Of a DNA stretch of 64,000 bases, positions 10,111 through 19,667 are shown piece by piece; within the stretch, counting starts at the first letter, position 1; every line of letters starts with the position of its first letter. The notes beneath the pieces were generated by a model. It was not told where the DNA came from. It saw only the letters and a program-made list of their open reading frames with translations, and ran no database searches. A program made the translations under genes and the position numbers. The stretch is from Moorellales bacterium (GTDB lineage: Bacteria; Bacillota; DSM-521; Neomoorellales; SLTJ01). The stretch lies in the NCBI GenBank assembly GCA_049719955.1, contig JBNARC010000003.1, forward strand, positions 9,953 to 73,952, given 5' to 3'.

Positions 10111-11457
10111 GTGCCCACCCTGCAGGCACTTACCGAGAAGTTACAGAGTATATTTCAGAAGCTCCGGGGTAAGGGCAAACTAACGGAGGCCGACGTTAAC
10201 GCCGCCCTCCGAGAGGTGCGCCTGGCCCTTTTGGAAGCCGACGTAAACTATGCCGTAGTCAAGGACTTCATCGAAAAGGTCCGGAGCCGCGCCGTGGGTC
10301 AGGAAGTGATGGAGAGCCTTAATCCCGCCCAGCAGGTGGTGAAGATTGTTTACGATGAACTCACCGCCCTGATGGGCGGGGCACCCGCCGGCCTTAAGCC
10401 ACCGAGTAAGGGGCCGGCCATAATCATGCTGGTAGGCTTGCAGGGTTCAGGTAAGACCACTACCGCGGCGAAACTAGGGCTATACCTGCGCCGCCAGGGA
10501 AAGCAGCCGCTGCTGGTGGCCGCAGACGTGCGCCGACCGGCGGCGGTGGAACAGCTTAGGATCCTGGGTGAGCGCGTCAATCTTCCGGTGTTCTCCGAGG
10601 CCGGTGCGGATGCGGTGTCGGTAGCCAAGGACGGAGTACGCGAGGCCGAACGGCTGGGCCGAGACGCAGTAATAGTAGATACCGCCGGCCGTCTGCATAT
10701 CGACTCCGAACTGATGCAAGAGTTGCGGCAAATGCGGGAGGCGATTAGCCCCAGCGAGGTACTCTTGGTAGTAGATGCCATGACCGGTCAGGATGCGGTG
10801 AATGTGGCCAAGAGCTTTCACGCGGAATTAAACGTGGACGGGGTAATACTGACCAAGCTGGACGGTGATGCCCGGGGAGGGGCGGCGCTTTCTGTAAAGG
10901 CGGTGACCGGGTGCCCAATCAAGTTTGTCGGTACGGGCGAGAAGCTGGAGGGGTTGGAGCCTTTTCACCCGTCCCGGATGGCCTCCCGTATTCTGGGACT
11001 GGGGGACGTACTGACTTTAATAGAAAAGGCACAGGCCCAGGTAGATGCCGCCAAGGCGGCGGAGATGCAAAAGAAGCTTCGCCGGCAGGAGTTCACGCTG
11101 GAAGACTTCCTGGAACAGTTGCGGCAGTTGCGGCGGCTGGGATCCCTGGAAGAAGTGATCGGCCTTCTGCCCGGGGCCATGGCCAACCGGGAACTGAAGA
11201 ACCTTCGGCTGGACGAAAAGGAACTGACCCGGATTGAGGCCATTATCTGCTCCATGACGCCGGAGGAGCGCTCTCATCCGGAAATTATCAACGCCAGCCG
11301 CAAGCGCCGTATCTCCCGGGGTAGCGGCACCACCGTACAGGATGTGAACCGTTTGCTAAAGCAGTTTGCCGAAACCCAAAAGCTGTTACGTCAGATAGCC
11401 GAGGCCACGAGCGGCAAGAAATCGTTTCGGCCGTTTGGCCTTCCCTTTTGGAGGTAG
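10111..11457 (+). CDS. ffh: Signal recognition particle protein
   Basis: GLQGSGKTTT, DTAGRL, TKLDGDARGGAALS, M domain SRKRRISRGSG. Confidence 0.97.
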   Translation: MPTLQALTEKLQSIFQKLRGKGKLTEADVNAALREVRLALLEADVNYAVVKDFIEKVRSRAVGQEVMESLNPAQQVVKIVYDELTALMGGAPAGLKPPSKGPAIIMLVGLQGSGKTTTAAKLGLYLRRQGKQPLLVAADVRRPAAVEQLRILGERVNLPVFSEAGADAVSVAKDGVREAERLGRDAVIVDTAGRLHIDSELMQELRQMREAISPSEVLLVVDAMTGQDAVNVAKSFHAELNVDGVILTKLDGDARGGAALSVKAVTGCPIKFVGTGEKLEGLEPFHPSRMASRILGLGDVLTLIEKAQAQVDAAKAAEMQKKLRRQEFTLEDFLEQLRQLRRLGSLEEVIGLLPGAMANRELKNLRLDEKELTRIEAIICSMTPEERSHPEIINASRKRRISRGSGTTVQDVNRLLKQFAETQKLLRQIAEATSGKKSFRPFGLPFWR

Positions 11458-11481
11458 CCGCTGAGGAGGTGAAAGTTACCA

Positions 11482-11781
11482 ATGGCTACTCGCATTCGCC
11501 TGATGCGCATGGGTGCTAAGAAGAAGCCTTTCTACCGCATAGTGGTTGCGGACAGCCGCGCGCCACGGGACGGCCGCTTTATCGAATCCTTAGGCTACTA
11601 CAATCCTCTGCGTGAGCCGGCAGAGGTACATGTAGAGGCGGACAAACTCATTAGATGGCTCAGATTGGGCGCCCAACCCTCCGATACGGTGAAGCAACTG
11701 TTGGTCCGAACCGGCATCTGGGAGCAGTTTAGGACCAGCGGTCAACAGGTAGAGGAGGAAGGCAATGAAAGAGCTGGTTGA
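11482..11781 (+). CDS. rpsP: 30S ribosomal protein S16
   Basis: [31 protein letters not shown]. Confidence 0.97.
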   Translation: MATRIRLMRMGAKKKPFYRIVVADSRAPRDGRFIESLGYYNPLREPAEVHVEADKLIRWLRLGAQPSDTVKQLLVRTGIWEQFRTSGQQVEEEGNERAG

Positions 11782-11995
11782 GGTCTTGGCTAGGGCCTTG
11801 GTTGATAAACCGGAAGCGGTGGAAGTTCGACAGGTAGAAGGAGAAAAGTCGCTTATTCTAGAGCTCAGAGTGGCTCCCGAGGATATGGGCAAAGTCATCG
11901 GCAAACAGGGGCGCATAGCCAAGGCCATACGCACGGTGGTCAAGGCTGCGGCCGCCCGTGACGGCAAGAGGGTGGTAGTAGAGATTCTCCAGTAG
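11765..11995 (+). CDS. khpA: KH-domain RNA-binding protein (YlqC/KhpA)
   Basis: [18 protein letters not shown] GxxG motif; conserved position between rpsP and rimM. Confidence 0.92.
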   Translation: MKELVEVLARALVDKPEAVEVRQVEGEKSLILELRVAPEDMGKVIGKQGRIAKAIRTVVKAAAARDGKRVVVEILQ

Positions 11996-12008
11996 GGGGA
12001 TAATACCG

Positions 12009-12539
12009 GTGGCCCGAAGGCGACCTCTTCCTGGCTTCGTCAGCGTCGGTCGTGTAACCGGCCCGCACGGCTGGAAGGGGGCGGTGCGGGTTGAACCCCT
12101 AACCGATTTTCCCGAGCGGTTTCGGGAGGTCGCATCCCTGTACCTGGTCCGGGGAGAAAACCGGCGGGAATTGACGGTCCAGGAGGTTAAGGGTCAGGGA
12201 ACGACAATAATCATCAAATTCGCCGAGGTCAACACGCTAGAAGAGGCCCAAGAGCTACGCGGTGCGCAACTAGAGGTTCCCCGGAAAGCGGTTCACACCT
12301 TACCGGAGGGGTATTTCTACGTTTATGAGCTGGTAGACCTTCCGGTTTACAGCCAGCAGGGAGAGTTTCTCGGATACCTAGAAGAGGTCATCCGCACCGG
12401 CAGTAACGACGTATACGTGGTGCGCCACCCGGAAACCCACCGAGAACTACTTCTGCCGGCTACTCGGGAGGTGGTGAAGGCGGTGGACCTGGATCGGGAG
12501 GAGATAAGGGTTCAACTTCTGCCCGGTCTGGGGGAGTGA
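12009..12539 (+). CDS. rimM: Ribosome maturation factor RimM
   Basis: VGRVTGPHGWKG, TGSNDVYVV; synteny. Confidence 0.94.
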   Translation: MARRRPLPGFVSVGRVTGPHGWKGAVRVEPLTDFPERFREVASLYLVRGENRRELTVQEVKGQGTTIIIKFAEVNTLEEAQELRGAQLEVPRKAVHTLPEGYFYVYELVDLPVYSQQGEFLGYLEEVIRTGSNDVYVVRHPETHRELLLPATREVVKAVDLDREEIRVQLLPGLGE

Positions 12540-12548
12540 AGATAGAAG

Positions 12549-13304
12549 GTGCGTATAGACATTCTAACCATCTTTCCGGAAATGTTTCAGGGCCCGCTCG
12601 AGGCCAGCATTATCAGAAGGGCTATCGACCGGGGTCTAGTAACCATCAACCTGGTAAACATCCGGGACTACTCCACGGACAAGCATCGTTCGGTAGATGA
12701 TTACCCGTACGGTGGCGGTCCGGGAATGGTAATGCGTCCCGAACCTATATTCGCGGCCTGTGAGGCCCTGGGCCGTTTGGCCGAACCTTACCAGATAGTA
12801 TTGCTGACCCCCCAGGGTAGGCTGTTCACCCAGGCCAAAGCCAAGGAGTTGGCCGGGCTGGAACAATTGGTTCTCATTTGCGGACACTACGAAGGCGTGG
12901 ACGAGCGGGTAGGCCTGTACCTGGCCCAGGAGCAACTCTCGATAGGGGATTACGTACTCTCGGGAGGCGAACTGGCGGCCATGGTGGTAGTCGATGCCGT
13001 GGTAAGATTGCTGCCGGGAGCGTTGGGATCCGTAGCCTCCCTGGAAGAAGAGTCCCTGGTAGAAGGCCTCCTGGAGTACCCGCAATACACCCGTCCCCGT
13101 GAGTATCGCGGGTATAAGGTTCCCGAAATTCTCCTTTCCGGCCATCATGAGGCCATCCGCCGCTGGCGGCGAAAGGAGGCCCTACGCCGGACCCGGGAAC
13201 GGCGGCCGGATTTATGGGAGCGCTTTAGCCCCGGGGAAGAGGACCGCAAGCTGTTGAAGGAACTAGAACAAGAGGAAGGAAGGGATGGAGCTTGGACCTC
13301 CTGA
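12549..13304 (+). CDS. trmD: tRNA (guanine-N1)-methyltransferase
   Basis: [32 protein letters not shown]. Confidence 0.97.
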   Translation: MRIDILTIFPEMFQGPLEASIIRRAIDRGLVTINLVNIRDYSTDKHRSVDDYPYGGGPGMVMRPEPIFAACEALGRLAEPYQIVLLTPQGRLFTQAKAKELAGLEQLVLICGHYEGVDERVGLYLAQEQLSIGDYVLSGGELAAMVVVDAVVRLLPGALGSVASLEEESLVEGLLEYPQYTRPREYRGYKVPEILLSGHHEAIRRWRRKEALRRTRERRPDLWERFSPGEEDRKLLKELEQEEGRDGAWTS

Positions 13305-13645
13305 CTACCCTGGAAAGGGAGCAAATGCGTAACGACATCCCTGACTTCGGGCCCGGTGATACGGTACGAGTGCACGTGAGGGTGACCGAAGGCGGCCGCG
13401 ACCGAATTCAAGTCTTTGAAGGAGTAGTGCTTCGCCGCCGCGGCCGGGGATGTAACGAAACGTTTACCGTTCGGCGGATATCTTACGGCGTGGGGGTTGA
13501 GCGGACCTTCCCGTTGCATTCCCCTCGACTGGAGAAGATTGAAGTAGTCCGCCAGGGACGGGTCAGACGAGCCAAACTATATTACCTGCGGGAGAAGATC
13601 GGTAAGGCGGCTAAGGTAAGAGAAAAAGAACGGGAGAGGCAGTAA
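13292..13645 (+). CDS. rplS: 50S ribosomal protein L19
   Basis: [39 protein letters not shown]. Confidence 0.97.
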   Translation: MDLLTTLEREQMRNDIPDFGPGDTVRVHVRVTEGGRDRIQVFEGVVLRRRGRGCNETFTVRRISYGVGVERTFPLHSPRLEKIEVVRQGRVRRAKLYYLREKIGKAAKVREKERERQ

Positions 13646-13681
13646 CCTTTGCCGGGTTCGCATGAGGGACTAGCCCAGGAA

Positions 13682-14206
13682 ATGGAACTACAGAAGAAGG
13701 GCCCGGCCTGGGACACCATAGAAGCAATAGTAGTAGCGTTGGTACTGGCGCTGGCCATTCGCCTTTTTCTGTTTGAGCCTTTTATGATTCCCAGCGCCTC
13801 TATGGAGCCCACGCTTATGCCTGGGGACCGGGTAATGGTTAATAAGCTGGTGTACCGGCTGGCCGATCCCGTACCGGGGGACATTATTGTCTTTAGGTAC
13901 CCGCTGGACCCCCGAATAATTTACATTAAAAGACTAGTTGCGCTCGGTGGCCAAACGGTAGAGTTGCGCAACGGCCAGCTCTTTGTGGACGGCCGCCCGG
14001 TGGAAGAGAATTACCTGCCTGAGGATCCGGCAAGCGGAGGGGACTTTGGTCCCGTTAGAGTACCGCCAAACACCTACTTTGTAATGGGGGACAACCGGAA
14101 CAACAGTCAGGATAGTAGAGTCTGGGGACCGGTGCCCAAGGAGAACGTGGTGGGAAAAGCTCAGCTTCTATATTGGCCGCCGGGCCGCTTTCGGGTGGTA
14201 CGGTGA
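13682..14206 (+). CDS. lepB: Signal peptidase I
   Basis: TM anchor, IPSASMEPTL (Ser), YIKRLV (Lys), GDNRNNSQDSR; start could instead be TTG 13649. Confidence 0.93.
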   Translation: MELQKKGPAWDTIEAIVVALVLALAIRLFLFEPFMIPSASMEPTLMPGDRVMVNKLVYRLADPVPGDIIVFRYPLDPRIIYIKRLVALGGQTVELRNGQLFVDGRPVEENYLPEDPASGGDFGPVRVPPNTYFVMGDNRNNSQDSRVWGPVPKENVVGKAQLLYWPPGRFRVVR

Positions 14207-14209
14207 GGA

Positions 14210-15058
14210 TTGGTGAAGTGGCGGCGTCTGTTGCCCTATCTGGACGTTATTCTGGAAGTAGCCGACGCTCGTCTACCCCGTGCCAGTCGTAACGGCGAAC
14301 TTGTTTCCCGGGTGGAAGGTAAGGACCGGATTCTCCTACTCAATAAGGTGGACCTCGCGGATAGCCACCTCCTCTATCGGTGGCTTCATTACCTTCGACA
14401 TTCCGAAGGAATACCGGTAATAGGCGTTTCGGGGCTAAGCGGTCAGGGAATGACCAAGCTGGAGGCCCTCCTGGCGCGGTTGACTCGGACTCGTCCGCCG
14501 CGGCGCCAGAATCGCCCCCTGCGGGCGGTAGTGGTGGGCATTCCCAACGTAGGAAAGTCCACGCTAATAAACCGTTTACTCGGCCGGGCCGCGGCTCGGA
14601 CCGGAGCCCATCCGGGTATTACGCGGGGCGAGCAATGGCTGCGTCTGCGACCGGGCCTGGAGTTGTTAGATACCCCCGGGCGATTAAGTATCCGACAGGA
14701 CTTGCCTTTCTGGCAATTGGCGGCCCTTCGGGCGGTTCCCGCCCCGGAGGACCGGCTTCAAAGCAGCGCCGAGGATTTACTGACCGCAGTATCCCGACTC
14801 TACCCCGGCCGACTGGCCGACGTTTACGGTCAGCCCGAGCCGCCCACCCTGGAGCAGGTAGCTCGGGCCAGGGGACTTATCGGTAAGGGCGGACTGCCGG
14901 ATCCGGCTCGAGCGGCCGGAGTCGTCTGGACTGACTTCTGGAACGGGCGCTGGGGCGGTCTTACCTTGGAAACTCCCCCCGCTGACGAGACGGGCGGCCT
15001 CCCTCAGACGGCGACAATAGGAGGGTACCAAGCGAGTGACCCCGAGGGACACCAATAG
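14210..15058 (+). CDS. rbgA: Ribosome biogenesis GTPase YlqF/RbgA family (divergent N-terminus)
   Basis: Circularly permuted GTPase order: EVADAR, NKVD, GIPNVGKS, DTPG; located between lepB and rnhB. Confidence 0.85.
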   Translation: MVKWRRLLPYLDVILEVADARLPRASRNGELVSRVEGKDRILLLNKVDLADSHLLYRWLHYLRHSEGIPVIGVSGLSGQGMTKLEALLARLTRTRPPRRQNRPLRAVVVGIPNVGKSTLINRLLGRAAARTGAHPGITRGEQWLRLRPGLELLDTPGRLSIRQDLPFWQLAALRAVPAPEDRLQSSAEDLLTAVSRLYPGRLADVYGQPEPPTLEQVARARGLIGKGGLPDPARAAGVVWTDFWNGRWGGLTLETPPADETGGLPQTATIGGYQASDPEGHQ

Positions 15059-15725
15059 CTATACTGCCGGTCGATCGAGGAGAGTCCGAGAGGCCGGATG
15101 GAAGCGGGAATCGGAGTTATGGGGCCATGGGTACCGGCTGGTAGCCGGGGTGGATGAGGTAGGCCGGGGGCCCCTGGCCGGACCGGTAGTAGCCGCAGCG
15201 GTCATCTGGCCGCCGGGCACGGCTATCGAGGGTCTGCGCGACTCTAAGCAGCTTACTTCCCGGCAACGGGAGAGGCTGGCCGCACTAATACGAGCCAGGG
15301 CCCTGTGTTGGGCGATCGCCAGCCTGCCCGCCCGTTACATAGACAGGTATAACATTCATCAGGCAGCGTCTAGGGCTATGTGGCGTGCCCTTACCCGATT
15401 ACCAATTGGCCCCGAGTATGTATTGGTGGACGGGAGCGCAATCGCCGGACTTCCGTGGCCCCAGGAAGCCCTCGTTCACGGGGACGGCACCAGTGCCAGC
15501 ATCGCCGCCGCTTCCATTTTAGCCAAAGTGTGGCGCGATGCGCTTATGGAACATCTGCACCGCCGTTATCCTCAATACGGTTTTGCGCAAAACAAAGGTT
15601 ATGGTACTCCTGCCCATCTAAAGGCCCTGCGGCTTTACGGACCCTGTCCTCACCACCGGCGGTCGTTCGCGCCGGTAAGGTCCTACCTTGACGCGGGCAC
15701 TGGCGCAATACCGGAGGAGGAGTAG
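15036..15725 (+). CDS. rnhB: Ribonuclease HII
   Basis: AGVDEVGRGPLAGPVVAAA, DSKQL, SIAAASILAKV, KGYGT; exact start uncertain. Confidence 0.95.
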   Translation: MTPRDTNSYTAGRSRRVREAGWKRESELWGHGYRLVAGVDEVGRGPLAGPVVAAAVIWPPGTAIEGLRDSKQLTSRQRERLAALIRARALCWAIASLPARYIDRYNIHQAASRAMWRALTRLPIGPEYVLVDGSAIAGLPWPQEALVHGDGTSASIAAASILAKVWRDALMEHLHRRYPQYGFAQNKGYGTPAHLKALRLYGPCPHHRRSFAPVRSYLDAGTGAIPEEE

Positions 15726-15728
15726 GCC

Positions 15729-16109
15729 TTGCCTGGCCGCGGGGGGCCTCGAGATAGCCGCCGCCACCTGGGTCGCCTGGGGGAGGAGGCGGCCGTCCGG
15801 TTTTTGGAAGCGCGGGGTTATTCCATTCTCGCCCGCAACTACCGCTGCCGCTGGGGCGAGATCGATATCGTGGCGCGTCAGGGGGACACGTTGGTCTTTG
15901 TGGAAGTGCGAACCAGGACCGGAGTCTACCTGGGCGCCCCGCAAGAAAGCCTGGACCCCCGGAAGCAGTCCAGGCTGCGCCGTCTGGCCGCCTACTATCT
16001 TCACCGCCACGGTCTGGGGGAGGTCGACTGCCGGTTTGATGTGGTAGCAATAACCGTTGAGGCCGGCGGAAAAAATCTAAAGCTAGAGCTATTCGTCAAT
16101 GCCTTCTAA
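15729..16109 (+). CDS. yraN: YraN family (UPF0102) endonuclease-like protein
   Basis: GRLGEEAA, RNYRCRWGEIDIVA, FVEVRTR, RFDVVAI. Confidence 0.92.
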   Translation: MPGRGGPRDSRRHLGRLGEEAAVRFLEARGYSILARNYRCRWGEIDIVARQGDTLVFVEVRTRTGVYLGAPQESLDPRKQSRLRRLAAYYLHRHGLGEVDCRFDVVAITVEAGGKNLKLELFVNAF

Positions 16110-17363
16110 CGTCAGCATTACCAGGCCGGCCGGTAACTTGGGCCAGAAGTACGTAGACTTTTGCGGCATGCGACCGCCAAGGTCGGCCACGGCGGCAATC
16201 TGCTTTAGAGAGGGCGGATTTAGCAATACGGCTATTTGATAGCGGCCGCTACGAACCTCTCTCCAGGCCTCACCGGGGTCGCGGGTGTAGGCCACGTAGC
16301 GGCCGTCGGTAATCCGCTCGGGGGTAAGGCCGAATACCGGCCGCAAAACCAGGTCGTGGAGTACGGCTACGTCCGGTTGGACTTCCGAATACCGGTTTTC
16401 GGCAGGTGTCACCAGTTCTACCCGATCCTGCCCGGCATAGAAGCCGAAGCTCGGCCCCCGTTGTCGACCTCGATCGGCTAGGATTTTGAGGAAGTCCTCT
16501 AGCGGGTCCGGACTTTCTAATAACTGGGTATAGATATATGTCTGCCGCTCAAAACCCGGAGGAAGCGCTTCCCATCGGACTACACCCAAATCCCGAAGCA
16601 AACGGTGGGTAGGCAACACTACCAAACCCGGGTCCTCCATTTCCACCAGGGTGGCCAGTACGTACCCGTACTTTTCGCCCAGTTCCTCGGCCACCCGGCA
16701 GGCGGTTTCGTACCGGTGGTGACCGTCGGCAATGTACACCGTTCTTCCGGCAAACTGACGGCAAAGGTACTCTACGTCCTCATCTCCGTCCACCGGCCAA
16801 ATTCGGTGGGTAACCTTCTCGAGGGTGGTAGCCTCAGCCAGCGGTTCCCGATCCAGGTAGGGGCGCAGGCGGGCCGCTATCTCACCGGAGGAGTCCTTAT
16901 ACAGCCCGAAGATCGGACTGAAGTTAGCCCGGCAGGAGACTACTAGCTGGAAGCGGTCGCTCTTGGCCCGGGGGAGGGTGTCCTCGTGTGGTAGAACTCC
17001 TCCTTCAGCGTAGGGAACCGCCGCCAAAGCCACTACCAGGCCGGTACGCCGATAGACCGTACCCCCCCAACGGAATTCGTCCTGGCACAGGTAGAAGCCG
17101 GGCCTGGCCTCCTGGATCAGGATGCCGTCCTTCAGCCAGCCTTCTAAATAGGCGCGGGCGCGAGTATAGCGGTTGTAGTCCGGCCCGTCGTCCGGTAGCG
17201 CTTCTCCGAGCTCCAGGCGGATAACGTTATTCGGGTGCGCTTGATAGTAGTATTTCTGCTGTTCGGTAGAGATCACATCGTACGGCGGGCTGATAACTGA
17301 CGCGAGATCTGGTATCCGGGCGAGGTTGTACCGCAGAGCCCGGAAGGGTCGTATACGGGCCAC
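16089..17363 (-). CDS. DUF1015 family protein
   Basis: IRPFRALRY, PPYDVI, PHEDTL, YIADGHHRYET, MPQKSTYFWPK; GTG at 17363 with AAGGAGG RBS; overlaps yraN convergently by 21 bp. Confidence 0.9.
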   Translation of the reverse strand: MARIRPFRALRYNLARIPDLASVISPPYDVISTEQQKYYYQAHPNNVIRLELGEALPDDGPDYNRYTRARAYLEGWLKDGILIQEARPGFYLCQDEFRWGGTVYRRTGLVVALAAVPYAEGGVLPHEDTLPRAKSDRFQLVVSCRANFSPIFGLYKDSSGEIAARLRPYLDREPLAEATTLEKVTHRIWPVDGDEDVEYLCRQFAGRTVYIADGHHRYETACRVAEELGEKYGYVLATLVEMEDPGLVVLPTHRLLRDLGVVRWEALPPGFERQTYIYTQLLESPDPLEDFLKILADRGRQRGPSFGFYAGQDRVELVTPAENRYSEVQPDVAVLHDLVLRPVFGLTPERITDGRYVAYTRDPGEAWREVRSGRYQIAVLLNPPSLKQIAAVADLGGRMPQKSTYFWPKLPAGLVMLTLEGIDE

Positions 17364-17534
17364 GCAAGGTTCCTCCTTCTCCTTGTAACCTTCACCCATT
17401 CTAATACACCTGGCCATACTAATACAACTACCGCCACTACCGACAAGTTGGCCCCGCGCTGGCACGGGCCGGTGCCGCAGGTTCGAGGGCGCCGGTGCCT
17501 CGCCGGTGCTTGTACGCGGAGATACGCCGTAGCC

Positions 17535-17708
17535 CAGAAGGGAACGGACATTCCGGCGGCGAACTCACCCGTACAAGATTGGGCTGGACCGCACCGCCCG
17601 AAGGAGGTTGGGGGCCGACCCATGCTGGCGCGTGCCTACGGAGTTACCCTATTGGGGTTAGAAGCCCACCTGGTGGAAGTGGAAGTTGACGTCGGCCCCG
17701 GCTTGCCC
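17535..17708 (+). repeat. Left copy (attL-like) of a 174-bp direct repeat: comM leader plus first 29 codons
   Basis: Aligns without gaps to 44047-44220 with 9 mismatches; the last 54 bp (17655-17708) are identical. Confidence 0.95.
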
Positions 17709-17780
17709 CACTTGCTTCCGCTTTCGCAACTCCTGATGTCGGTGCCGCAGGTTAGCCCCCTAGAGAAACTGAATACCTAA
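17622..17780 (+). pseudogene. comM: Stranded 5' fragment of comM (29 codons) fused to 23 unrelated codons
   Basis: MLARAYGVTLLGLEAHLVEVEVDVGPGLP is identical in protein to the N-terminus at 44134, then diverges and stops at TAA 17778-17780. Confidence 0.88.
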
Positions 17781-18179
17781 CCCGACTATGTACTTTCCCT
17801 ACAAAGTACGGATTACTGCTTTATAGTTCAAGACCAGTTTGCCTTTCTGGCTTCTCACCTATAAGCTTACTAATTGAGTAGCAACAGGAGAAATCATTAA
17901 GATCCAACGTATTCCCCAGGGCGTGGTGCCTGCAGTGCCTGCCTTGAGTTCCGCTGTACGCTGGCCTTAGGTTGTGGAGAAGACGAGAGGAAGCAATGCA
18001 AAACCTGACTTATGCTGCCCGAAGCTAGTGGTGTTTCAAAAGTCGAATTGAGAAGGTGAGAGGGGGCAGAATGTTTTCGGCTACCTACGCAAATGACAAC
18101 AAAGCGCCATGGAACCCATAAGCTAGCCGGAACCAAGCCAATAGCCGAGTCTACAAAAATGGCTCCGGAGGTGCCATAA

Positions 18180-19493
18180 ATGGAAGCGAACTGGTTGGCC
18201 TCATTGGATTGGCCGAAGATCGTCCTTATATTCGTGGGTATCTCCTTGATTATAGCCGCCTTCAGCCGAAACCTACGCGCTCTGCGCTGGTTCCCTGTTC
18301 TGTTCGCGGTGGTTGCCGTGATCCAGTCTGTGGTCTTGCTCAGCGCCAATTCGCCAACGGGGCAACAGTTTCTTTCGGGCGTCTTCCAGGGATTCCTAAA
18401 CTTTAACTGGCAAAGCGCGGTTATGCTCGCCATCGGCGCCGCCCTGATCTACCTTGGCGTGGCCAGGGACGTCGAGCCTTTGTTGTTGGTGCCCATCGGG
18501 TTTGGTGCCATCCTAGTGAACCTACCGCTTACGGGCCTGATGAGTGAGGAAGGCCTTTTGCACCAGTTTTACGAGGCCGGCATTGCTACTGAGATCTTTC
18601 CATGCCTTATTTTCATCGGGGTGGGAGCCATGACCGACTTCACCCCCCTCCTTCAGAACCCCCGGGTACTGCTTCTCGGGGGAGCCGGTCAGTTCGGTAT
18701 CTTTCTTACCTTGCTTCTCGCCCTAGCCCTCGGCTTTAAGCAGTTGGAGGCAGTCTGCGTGGGCATCATCGGCGCCTGCGACGGGCCCACCGCTATTTAC
18801 GTTACCAGTCGGTACGCCCCTCAGTTGCTGGGGCCCATAGCCGTAGCTGCCTACTCCTATATGTCTCTTGTGCCCATCATCCAGCCGCCTCTAATGCGGG
18901 CCCTGACCACGAAGGCCGAGCGTGAACGGATAATGCCACCCTCCATCTATGCACGTCCGGTTTCCCGTCCGGTTAGGACTATTTTTCCCTTAGTAGTGCT
19001 GGTCGTCACCGTACTCATCGCCCCCATGGGCGCGCCCTTGATGGGCATGCTTATGCTAGGCAACTTTCTTAAGGAATGCGGCGTGGTGGAGCGCCTTTCT
19101 AAGGCGGCCCAAAACGAGATTGCGAACATCGTGACCCTGTTGCTGGGGATCTCCGTTGGTGCCACCATGAACGGCGAGGTATTTTTGCAGTTGCGGACAC
19201 TGGCCATTTTCGGGCTTGGTTTCCTGGCCATTGTGGGCGATACCGCGGCCGGTATACTCCTGGCCAAATTTATGAACCTATTCTCCCGGGACAAGCTGAA
19301 CCCCCTCATTGGAGCGGCGGGCATTTCTGCCTTCCCCATGGCGGCGCGTGTAGCCCACCGGGTAGGTGCCCAGGCTAACCCCCAAACCTATCTGCTGATG
19401 CACGCCATGGGCGTCAATACCGGCGGTCAGGTTGGTTCGGTGCTGGCGGCGAGCATCATGCTGGCCTTGCTTCACGCCACAGGGTTAACATAG
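18180..19493 (+). CDS. Sodium ion-translocating decarboxylase beta subunit (OadB/GcdB/MmdB family)
   Basis: EPLLLVPIGFGAILVNLP, GVGAMTDF, GIIGACDGPTAIY, AAYSYMSLVPIIQPP, NPLIGAAGISAFPMAARV. Confidence 0.93.
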   Translation: MEANWLASLDWPKIVLIFVGISLIIAAFSRNLRALRWFPVLFAVVAVIQSVVLLSANSPTGQQFLSGVFQGFLNFNWQSAVMLAIGAALIYLGVARDVEPLLLVPIGFGAILVNLPLTGLMSEEGLLHQFYEAGIATEIFPCLIFIGVGAMTDFTPLLQNPRVLLLGGAGQFGIFLTLLLALALGFKQLEAVCVGIIGACDGPTAIYVTSRYAPQLLGPIAVAAYSYMSLVPIIQPPLMRALTTKAERERIMPPSIYARPVSRPVRTIFPLVVLVVTVLIAPMGAPLMGMLMLGNFLKECGVVERLSKAAQNEIANIVTLLLGISVGATMNGEVFLQLRTLAIFGLGFLAIVGDTAAGILLAKFMNLFSRDKLNPLIGAAGISAFPMAARVAHRVGAQANPQTYLLMHAMGVNTGGQVGSVLAASIMLALLHATGLT

Positions 19494-19508
19494 GGAGGAT
19501 GGACGGGG

Positions 19509-19667
19509 ATGGTTCTGAACAACCTCGAATTTGGCCTGCTTATGACGGTTGCGGGAATGGGATTGACACTAATAACCCTATGGATATTGACGCTCTTGAT
19601 TCATCTTCTTAATGTTCTTTTCAAGCCCGAAGGACGCACCAATTGCGCAATTCGCAAGGATTATTAA
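19509..19667 (+). CDS. OadG-like small membrane subunit of Na+-decarboxylase (52 aa, not in ORF track)
   Basis: GGAGG RBS at 19494-19498; MVLNNLEFGLLMTVAGMGLTLITLWILTLLIHLLNVLFKPEG...; single TM helix with the xGMG pattern, directly after the beta subunit. Confidence 0.75.
   Translation: MVLNNLEFGLLMTVAGMGLTLITLWILTLLIHLLNVLFKPEGRTNCAIRKDY

Noticed and set aside
17470-17500. GCAGGTTCGAG as a tRNA T-arm or tRNA-derived att site
   Set aside because: The T-stem does not close, and there is no cloverleaf or CCA end.
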